Positions 55,345 to 64,000 of a stretch of 64,000 nucleotides of DNA are shown piece by piece. The stretch comes from Alloascoidea hylecoeti (Eukaryota), in the NCBI GenBank assembly GCA_001600815.1, contig BCKZ01000021.1:248001-312000 (forward strand), written 5' to 3'. Position numbers and translations under genes: made by a program. The notes beneath the pieces are model-generated. The model was not told the DNA's origin. It was given only the letters and a program-made list of their open reading frames with translations, and ran no database searches. Position 1 is the first letter of the stretch; the number at the start of each line of letters is the position of its first letter.

Positions 55345-58300
55345 ATGAGGCTCTCACTCATTTGTCTTACCGAGAAGCCTTTTATTAACAGTGTGGGAAT
55401 ACAATATTTATCTAAATCAATTCATAAAACATTATTCCCGAAACATTTAAGAGAAGCTGTAACTGAATCAAAGGAACTCCAGTCTTTTTCATATGAACAA
55501 TTATCACATACCCATTTACGGAGACATAACTTATTAGGGAAAACGACTGCTATAAATGATCCTATATCTTTCAAATTACCGAAATTACAAGGAAATTCTT
55601 TAGATGAACATTTTTCAAGAATTGCTTTACAAGATTCTTATCCTTATAAGGATATGGCTCTTAACTTTGCCGAAGCCCCAATTCCTTTAATGCCACCAGA
55701 GTCTTCTTATATATTGCAATCAGGATGGACTTGTTATCCGATATCTTCGAGGAAAGCCCCATATAAAGTTGGATATCCTAATGATGATTGCCTAGTATTT
55801 GATACTGAAGTTTTATATAAAATTAGTCCTTATCCTGTCATAGCCACAGCAGTCTCATCAAAAGCCTGGTATGTTTGGCTATCACCTTTCATTACCGATG
55901 ATTCTGAAGATATAAAGCAATTGATACCATTGGGGACACATTCAAAGGAAAAAATCATCATTGGTCATAATATTGGATATGATAGATCTAAAATTTTGGA
56001 TGAATATTCTTTAAAACAAAGTAAAGCTTTTTTTATAGATACAATGAGTTTACATTCTGCTGCAAATGGTATGTGTTCAAGACAAAGGCCAATGTGGATG
56101 AGTTATAAGTCTACTTCAAAAAAAGTAAAAGATGAAGAAGATTTAAGAAATAATAATAATAATGAAAATAATGGAAATGAAAATGAACATAATAATATAA
56201 TAAGAAAAAATAAATCGAAAACTTTAGCTGATATAAGAGGTAGTGCTAAAACAGAAGGATTACAAAGTCTTTTATCAAATCCTGTACTTGATGAATTTTC
56301 ATCAAGAATTTTTTCAACTTCTTCAAATAATACATTAGATAATAATTTGTCTGATTCTGGTAATGAATTACAATTAGATATAAAAGATAATCCATGGATG
56401 ACAAAATCGTCATTAAATAATTTAGCTGATGTTGCAAAACTTCATTGTGGTATTAATTTATCAAAAGAAATTAGAAATCAATTTGATACTATTGATCCAA
56501 CAACAATTAAAAATAATTTACCACAATTAATTACTTATTGTGCAACTGATGTTCAAACAACTTATAGAGTTTATCAAAAAATTTTACCATTATATTTAAA
56601 AACTTGTCCACATCCAATATCTTTTTCAGCATTAAGACATATTTCAACATCATTTTTACCAATCAATAAATCATATGAAAATTATGTTATATCATCAGAA
56701 TCAAAATATTTAGAAATGAAACAAAAAATTGAAAATGAATTACAAAGATTAACTTATTTATACCTTGATTTAAAAGATCATCCTGAAATTTATAATAAAG
56801 ATCCTTGGTTAAAACAATTAGATTGGACAATTAAACCAATAAAATATACAAAACCAACAAAATTAAATCCAATTCCAAGATTAGTTAAAAATCAAAAATT
56901 ACCTGGTAAACCAAAATGGTTTAAAGAATTATGTAAAACTGATTCAAAATTAGAAATTACTGTTAGATCAAGAATAACTGCTTTATTATTAAAATTAAGT
57001 TGGGAAGGTAAACCTGTAGTTTGGTGTGATGGTTGGTGTATTCGTGTTCCATCTTCTCAAGTTAAAGATTATATCGATAGAAATTATGAATTATTAAAAC
57101 CAGTTAATAATGATGGTTATAATCCTGATTTTTTCAGTAACGATGAAGGTATGCTATTTGGAATCCCACATAAAGATGGTAAAGGTAAAAGATGCGTTAA
57201 TTTAATGGCAAAGAATTATTTACAAGCTTTTGAGAAAGGAATTTTAAAAAGTGAAGTTGATTCAAAAGATCCAACTTTAAAAATTAAAGAATTAGATAAT
57301 ATAGATAATGATACAACTACTAAAAATATTAGTGGTAGCGCAGCTGTTGAAATGAATGTTGCTTGTTCATATTGGATTGCTACAAGAGAAAGAATAAGTT
57401 CTCAAATGAGAGTTTGGAATAAGGATTTTGACATGGGTTATGAAAATCCATATATCAAAAAAGTTTCAAAAAAGAAAAATTTAAAAGTTCTAAAAAATGA
57501 TATTAATAATGAAAAAGAAGAAAAACAACAACAACAACAACAACATTTAAATCATGGTTTAAAACATGATGATTTTGGAATGATTTTACCAATGGTTGTA
57601 CCAATGGGTACAATTACTCGCCGTGCTGTTGAAAAAACATGGTTAACAGCTTCAAATGCCAAGAAAAATAGAATTGGATCGGAATTAAAAGCAATGGTCC
57701 AGGCCCCACCACCATATGTATTCATTGGTGCAGATGTTGATTCTGAAGAACTTTGGATTGCATCATTAGTTGGTGATTCTGTTTTCAAATTACATGGTAG
57801 TACTGCTATGGGATGGATGACTTTAGAAGGTAATAAAAAAGAAGCTACTGATTTACATTCAAAAACTGCTGGTATCTTAGGTATTAGTAGAAATAATGCA
57901 AAAGTTTTCAATTATGGTAGAATTTATGGTGCTGGTTTAAAATTTGCAACACAACTTTTGAAACAATTTAACCCAACATTAACTGATGAACAGGCAACAA
58001 AAGTATGTCAAGATTTATATGATGCAACAAAAGGTTTACAAGGTAGATCAAAACTTTTACATCCACCAAAAAATCTTGAAGGTAAACTTAAGCCTCAAAA
58101 GTTTTGGTATAGTGGTACAGAATCCATTACATTTAATAAATTAGAAGAAATTGCTGAACAAGAATCACCAAGAACTCCAGTGTTGGGTGCAGGTATAACT
58201 TCTGCATTGAAAAGAAAAAATTTAAATACTTCAAATTTTATGACATCACGCGTAAATTGGGCTATTCAATCTAGTGGGGTTGATTATTTACATTTATTAA

Positions 58301-59181
58301 TTGTTTCAATGTCATATCTTATAAAAAGATTTAATTTAGATGCAAGGCTTTCAATAACAGTTCACGATGAAATTCGATATATGGTTCATGAAAAGGATAA
58401 ATGGAAGGCTATTTTAGCGTTACAAGTTTCAAATCTTTGGACTCGTGCAATGTTTTGTGAGCAGTTGGGTATTTATGATGTTCCACAAAGTTGTGCATTT
58501 TTCTCACAGGTTGATGTTGATTGGGTATTAAGAAAAGAAGTTGATTTAGATTGTATCACCATGTCAAATGAAACCCCTATTAAACCAGGCAAAGCATATT
58601 CAATTAATGATTTAATGGATAAAATCAATGAAAATGAAGATGAAGTAATATTAAAAGAAGATTCTTTAAATAATAAGAACATTCAAAACATGGATCAGTT
58701 AATAGCTGGATTTGAATATATTCCTCGTAAATCAGTCTTTGAGGAAATAGAAGAAGAAGCATGTAAAACTAATGATTCAAAATTGGCATTTACAAGGGCT
58801 CAAATTGCTGAATCAAGAGAAGAAGTTAAACTTATAGAAAAAGAATTAAGAATTGTCGCTAAAACTAACAATAATAATACAACACTAAGGAAGCGGAAAC
58901 CTACTGTCTCAAAACCATCAACTTTTAAGAATAACAAATCAATGACTAAAAATAATAAGGATGTCATTTCTAAATCTAAAGAACAAGATACAAAGCAATT
59001 TATAGATCAAGAATCTGAAATTTTTGAAGATATAAACTGGTTTGGGAACGAAATACTACCACCACATCCTGTAACATTTGAAGATAACAATAATAATTGG
59101 TTTGATAGTAATATTCCTCCAACCGATGATTTTTGGCTTAATGTTGATCTGACAATGAATATAATTGAGAATCAAGTATAA
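55345..59181 (+). CDS. MIP1: Mitochondrial DNA polymerase gamma
   Basis: Exo I VFDTE, Exo II GHNIGYDR, Exo III YCATDV; Pol A GADVDSEELW, Pol B RNNAKVFNYGRIYGAG, Pol C TVHDEIRY. Confidence 0.97.
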   Translation: MRLSLICLTEKPFINSVGIQYLSKSIHKTLFPKHLREAVTESKELQSFSYEQLSHTHLRRHNLLGKTTAINDPISFKLPKLQGNSLDEHFSRIALQDSYPYKDMALNFAEAPIPLMPPESSYILQSGWTCYPISSRKAPYKVGYPNDDCLVFDTEVLYKISPYPVIATAVSSKAWYVWLSPFITDDSEDIKQLIPLGTHSKEKIIIGHNIGYDRSKILDEYSLKQSKAFFIDTMSLHSAANGMCSRQRPMWMSYKSTSKKVKDEEDLRNNNNNENNGNENEHNNIIRKNKSKTLADIRGSAKTEGLQSLLSNPVLDEFSSRIFSTSSNNTLDNNLSDSGNELQLDIKDNPWMTKSSLNNLADVAKLHCGINLSKEIRNQFDTIDPTTIKNNLPQLITYCATDVQTTYRVYQKILPLYLKTCPHPISFSALRHISTSFLPINKSYENYVISSESKYLEMKQKIENELQRLTYLYLDLKDHPEIYNKDPWLKQLDWTIKPIKYTKPTKLNPIPRLVKNQKLPGKPKWFKELCKTDSKLEITVRSRITALLLKLSWEGKPVVWCDGWCIRVPSSQVKDYIDRNYELLKPVNNDGYNPDFFSNDEGMLFGIPHKDGKGKRCVNLMAKNYLQAFEKGILKSEVDSKDPTLKIKELDNIDNDTTTKNISGSAAVEMNVACSYWIATRERISSQMRVWNKDFDMGYENPYIKKVSKKKNLKVLKNDINNEKEEKQQQQQQHLNHGLKHDDFGMILPMVVPMGTITRRAVEKTWLTASNAKKNRIGSELKAMVQAPPPYVFIGADVDSEELWIASLVGDSVFKLHGSTAMGWMTLEGNKKEATDLHSKTAGILGISRNNAKVFNYGRIYGAGLKFATQLLKQFNPTLTDEQATKVCQDLYDATKGLQGRSKLLHPPKNLEGKLKPQKFWYSGTESITFNKLEEIAEQESPRTPVLGAGITSALKRKNLNTSNFMTSRVNWAIQSSGVDYLHLLIVSMSYLIKRFNLDARLSITVHDEIRYMVHEKDKWKAILALQVSNLWTRAMFCEQLGIYDVPQSCAFFSQVDVDWVLRKEVDLDCITMSNETPIKPGKAYSINDLMDKINENEDEVILKEDSLNNKNIQNMDQLIAGFEYIPRKSVFEEIEEEACKTNDSKLAFTRAQIAESREEVKLIEKELRIVAKTNNNNTTLRKRKPTVSKPSTFKNNKSMTKNNKDVISKSKEQDTKQFIDQESEIFEDINWFGNEILPPHPVTFEDNNNNWFDSNIPPTDDFWLNVDLTMNIIENQV

Positions 59182-60020
59182 ATTCAATTAAGAAAGAAAC
59201 AAATTAAAATTAAAATGAGCTTAAACCATTATATATATGATCTTCAGTTAATATTTTGTTTGATATCATTAAATATTTGATGTTATGGGATATGATGATT
59301 TCTCATTTTTGTTATTGTAAATATTTATATCATGCACTGTTTATCTTTAATTAGCCCAATCACTACTTTGATAGGTTATATATATAGAGAAAGCTAAAAT
59401 TAGATCATAAGTGAAAGAATTATGTGTAATATAGTTTCTAACTATTTAGTGTATAGCTATTTCTAGCGGAATGGCCATTAAACTTATAGTAACTTCAAGC
59501 GAAAGTAGCCTATTTTTTATAAGGAAAGTTCAGGCTATAATTCATTATGTATTTAATTTATATATTCATCATGTTGAATAGTTATTATCACCCAAATAAA
59601 TGGTGTTACCGCGCGGTCGGTTGCACAAACGATATACAACAGCATATTGGATATTTACAACGTTATGATTATCGAGCTTTCATTTCCATTTTAGTTTTAA
59701 TGTGAAATTTTTAGGCAGTGATTAACCATGATGAACCACAGTAAGTTTAGGAACAGCAAACAAGTGATTAATACAATTAACTTTAAAGTATATAAACAAA
59801 TGTGCATATAACAACTTTGGATTCATATTGCCTAGGTTTATTTGAATTTGTGGTCTTTAGCATCAACTATTAATTATCTGTCTCAACTTTATAGTTCCTT
59901 TTTAAAATTATAATTAAACTAAAATATATCCTAATATAATTTTTAGAAGAATATATAACATCCCACTTTTATTCACAAACCTTTCCAGTCAACCATATAG
60001 CATGACTCCCTTTATATTAG

Positions 60021-60942
60021 GAAATCAACTGGATCAGCTCATCAATCAAGGTCTATTTTATCCAGGTCTTAGCCCTATCCTAGGCTATTTTTCGTTGGTG
60101 TAGCAAATTACGTCGTATCTAAAAATCAGAATTACGAATCGTTGCTGATTATAGAAGCGAAAACTCAATTGCAACACAGTCTCTGCTACATTCATCTTAC
60201 CCTTTCCAACCATTTTCAATCATAGTTGCTACAACACGTTTTAAATCTCTCACTACCTTTCTTTGGAATGATTTAGTATGTTATTATTTAGAGAATAGCA
60301 ATGCTATGCATGAATGATTCACAGCTTCTTCTCTGATAAGAATTGAATCATGCAGGACCGTTTTTTAATCCAAAAATTATGCATCACTACTAATATTGGT
60401 CTGGCGATTATACTACCCTTTTCTTGAGAAACCCACTTCAGTGCAATTTGGTAAGAGGCTTGAGAAAGATCAATGGTACTAAAATACGTACTGTTCGCTG
60501 ATATTCTAATTCATTCCGAAACCTTTAAAAAAATGGTGAGAGATTCAAAACTTGTTACTACATATGCATATGAAAAAAACCAGCTTAAGCATCATCTAAA
60601 AAATCAAGAAATCTCATTTATTCCTACAAACAAGTGATACCTTTTTCGGATTTATTATATCTGATAAATGACTCAAAGTTAGTCCACACAAATTCGAAAG
60701 GATTACATATTGGCCATTATTATCTGATATTCTTAAGTTTGATCAATTTTGAAACGGGAAGGTGAATGTAGCAGAGATTGTGTTGCAAATTGCAATTGAG
60801 TCTTCGCTTCTATAATCAGCAACCATTCGTAATTCTGATTTATTTTTCATAGATACAAGGAAACTGATGAACACCAACGAGATTCGAGAATTAGGATTTG
60901 AATAAAGAATACGCTGATTAATGAGCTGATCCAGTTGAATTC
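60021..60942. mobile_element. Foldback element with ~190-bp imperfect inverted arms and a ~540-bp non-coding spacer
   Basis: 60021-60208 is the reverse complement of ~60749-60942 (e.g. tcaactggatcagctcat; aaatcagaattacgaat.gttgctgattatagaagcgaa.actcaattgcaa; tctctgctacattca). Confidence 0.75.
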
Positions 60943-62751
60943 TGCCTTTAGCATGTAAGATTTTAAAGGAGGGTTAACGTTATACATACTATACATACTG
61001 CTCATCAATTAAACTTCAAATAAACCTGAAAAAATCACTATGTAATATTAAATGTATAGCTATTAGATTGATCCAGTCTGTTTAGCATATTTCCCTTTTC
61101 TGAAAACATCAGAACAATCAGCTCAGAATACTCGTTTGCTCCATTGTGTATTATTATTAAAAATTCTCTTCAGCCAATTATAACAATTTACCAATTAACT
61201 AGCTACTTACAAGAGTGGTCACTGTTCATGAACGGCTTCCATTATAATTAATCTTGACATTAAACTATTTTACAAACTACTACACCATTAATATTCATTT
61301 AATTAATATCGAGATCACCCACAAATTTCAAAGCGCTACCTAACTATAGCACATACGAATTAAAATTTAAATATCGCTATCAAACAATGGGAACGAAGAC
61401 TTCTAAAGTTCATGAAAAATCTTGTTTTAGCTAGTTAGTGAACAATCACAAAAGGAAAACTTATGATGTATGTTCATGAATCCGGATCAAACAATTCCAC
61501 ATTCCATTAAATATTTATTATTTTCTTCTCTTCTAGCTAGGCCCTTTTAGAATCACATGTTTCCCCTTTGAAAAAAATGAATTTCAAATACTAATTTAAG
61601 ATCATAGAGGGCTCAAGGGACGAAATTGACAAAATTAAAATAGCTATAATTTGACCGTTAACAAGGGTTATAAAAGACCGTACGGCCGAGAATAATCGTG
61701 AGTGTAATATCAATTGTGGTATAGTTTCAGAGTAACATTTAGTATGAACCCCTCATTATCATTAAATGGAAAGAAATTTACAATTGATTTTTCAATAAAA
61801 AGTAACTATCTATAGCTAATAGAGACAAATGAATAGCTAAAAAGTATGGTTATATGTTTTGAGATTGAGATCAACCTAGAATTAATTATGTTATAGGCTT
61901 AAAAGCATGTAAACTATACGTAAAGTTTAATTGACTGTATGCAATAATATTAATATGAAATGACATTAGCTATTGTAGAAATGCATGTCATCGCTCAATT
62001 ATGAAAATCCATGATGTTGTCATCATATAACTAATTATGTAATTGTTTTTTAAAGGTGTTAAATGGCTAATAGTTAATACCAAATAGAGAGAAAATAGTC
62101 TTTTACTTTTTCATTTGCCGGTGTGTCATTGAGCAGCGGCACATCATCTATATAATTACAATTGCAACCATAACAGATTTTCATGAGGGAATAACTAATG
62201 CGCTATATTATCAAGCTGATTAAACTTTTATCGACATCGATTCATATTCATTTAAATTTCATAAGACAATTACAATTGAAAAATACACAATCGCAATTAT
62301 TTTTACAGACTTACATATAAATTATATTATTAAATATAACAAGATAGTTAACTTAATTATAAATTAAAAGTTAGAAAAAAAATATTTAAAGTTTCAAATT
62401 TAAAAATCAATCAAATGACATTAAGATAAGAATCAACTTGCCATAACAAGCATATAAACAAACGATATAAAACAACTCAAAAAAATAATCTTCAATTGCT
62501 GAAGTCATACAAAGAGGGAGCGATAGCAGTTAAATAAAAAGAGACACAAGACCTTAGGCTTATGAGGTTATTGAGTTCGAGTAGTGTTGCTGAATTCTCT
62601 CACATTTATATATAGTAATAGTAATATAAAATAGTGGATCACTATAATTGTTTATAGTCAATAATGTTGTTTATCTGTCCTCCGACACAATTTACAAAAA
62701 TTAATTATTATTCTCCTCCAACGACCATAAAATTTTGAAAAAAATTATAAT

Positions 62752-63540
62752 TTAATCAATTTTAACATCCGATCCATTAGTAACTCCATTAACGATAACT
62801 TTTTCATCACTCTTAAATTTAGCTAAACCAGCAGAAACTGTACCGTTGACTTTCCCAACAATTTCTGAAGGTAATTTTTTACCATTGGCAACTAAATTAT
62901 TCTTTTGATCGTTTAATTCATTTTTTTTAGTTAGAGCTAAATTTTTGTATTCATTTAATTTTACAGAAACCAAAGAATTTGTTCTTGAATAAGCATTTTT
63001 TGAAATATTAATTGTTCTTTCAACACCAGTTGATGTTGAATCTTTTGAAATTGTAGTTGAACTTGGTAAATAAGTATCAATTACTTTTTCAATTCTATCA
63101 TTAATTGGTTCAACTAATGTATTAACTTTACCGTTTATTGTGCTGACTTTACTATTTAAGGTGGTTTTGGCAGAATCAACCTTATTATTAATAGTGGTTT
63201 TAGTGTAATCCAAAGTTTTGGTTGGTAAATCCTTAACGTCTTCTGTAGTTGTTGCCTTCAATTGTGGGATCCAAAAATCGATTTTTGCTAATACAGCGTC
63301 AAGGAAGGAATCGAGTTTTGAGACATAAGGTTTAATGTTATCCGAAAACGGTTTAAGTAGATCCAGAACTGTAGTGGCAATGTAAGAGGAAATGGCAAAA
63401 GCCTTTGCGAGAATGCTGAAGGTGAGCAGATAAGAGACCAAGGAGGTCAGCAGAGGATAAGAACCTAGATGGGAGATTGTCAAGGAGGAGAAGGTGAGAG
63501 TGGTGGAGGGGTTCGTGGTTGTTATAGTGGTAGTAGCCAT
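62752..63540 (-). CDS. Perilipin-like lipid-droplet protein (Pet10/Pln1/CAP20 family)
   Basis: SHL.SYP N-terminal motif, PYV.KLDS..D..L.K.D...P.LK, and amphipathic Lys/Thr/Asn-rich helices. Confidence 0.72.
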   Translation of the reverse strand: MATTTITTTNPSTTLTFSSLTISHLGSYPLLTSLVSYLLTFSILAKAFAISSYIATTVLDLLKPFSDNIKPYVSKLDSFLDAVLAKIDFWIPQLKATTTEDVKDLPTKTLDYTKTTINNKVDSAKTTLNSKVSTINGKVNTLVEPINDRIEKVIDTYLPSSTTISKDSTSTGVERTINISKNAYSRTNSLVSVKLNEYKNLALTKKNELNDQKNNLVANGKKLPSEIVGKVNGTVSAGLAKFKSDEKVIVNGVTNGSDVKID

Positions 63541-63806
63541 TTTCGATGAATGAAGAAGTAAAAAAGAAGAAGAGGAAAAAGGAGAATTTGTGTGTTTTTA
63601 TATAAATTTTCCTTACAATTAATCCTTTAAAACATGTGAAAAAGAATGAGATGTATCTCATGCATGTCGATGCACCAGAACATGTTCAGATTTCACATGC
63701 GCATATGCGTCCAGCCCAATGCGGTAAGTGTACATTCAGATCCGGGTAACTTGTCTGCAGAATTCTTTTAAGAATTTAAAATTTGAAATGTGTGTGAAAA
63801 TGAGTA

Positions 63807-64000
63807 ATGAAATTCGCCAAAGTTCTCCAACAAACGCTAGAAGAAGACAACGTTCCTCCCGAATGGGCCTCTGCAGCTATTCAGTACAAGAAGTTGAAGA
63901 AATGTATCAACAAAGTTGTCAACGACCTCCACGAAATCGGATTCAGCAAAGACTTTGTGGCCGAAAACATCCAATATGATATCACTTTGGAACCTACACA
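63807..64000 (+). CDS. N-terminus of an SPX-domain protein (probably SPX-RING type); runs off the right edge
   Basis: Not in the ORF track. MKFAKVLQQTLEEDNVPPEWASAAIQYKKLKKCINKVV.DL.EIG carries the SPX start MKF.K.L...PEW....I.YK.LKK.I. Confidence 0.85.
   Translation, partial: MKFAKVLQQTLEEDNVPPEWASAAIQYKKLKKCINKVVNDLHEIGFSKDFVAENIQYDITLEPT

Noticed and set aside
63728..63979. 83-aa track ORF as the real gene
   Set aside because: The overlapping frame starting at 63807 carries the clear SPX signature.
1..64000. CRISPR arrays, rRNA genes, telomeric repeats
   Set aside because: Eukaryotic locus; no repeat-spacer array, rRNA-like sequence or tandem telomeric motif was seen.

Overview
AT-rich fungal nuclear DNA, most likely an early-diverging budding yeast. 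This is inferred from standard-code CUG=Leu at conserved positions, short GT-AG introns with CTAAY branch points and a compact ~260-nt SRP RNA. Conserved genes: a DDI1-like UBL protein (truncated by the left edge), PAA1, an intron-containing ESC1-like acidic protein divergent from TRS130, HEM4, an MCH-type MFS transporter, VPS70, an amidase, VRL1, an ARN/SIT siderophore transporter, a GPI wall protein, MIP1, a PET10/perilipin-like gene and the start of an SPX-domain gene. Two accessory zones interrupt these. At ~19.9-31 kb lie an ABCB pseudogene, tandem SDR copies with assembly Ns, a Tc1 relic, an intron-containing transposase-derived HTH gene and a MITE-like element. At ~36.3-54.7 kb lie tRNA-Ala(AGC), two near-identical inverted SRP RNA genes and LINE relics directly behind Pol III terminators. 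The standout is an uninterrupted 1798-codon ORF (39501-44897, minus) with the full motif set of a segmented negative-strand RNA virus (Bunyaviricetes-type) L polymerase. It appears to be an intact endogenous viral element ~270 bp upstream of an SRP RNA gene. All family calls come from motif recognition by eye; no searches were run.
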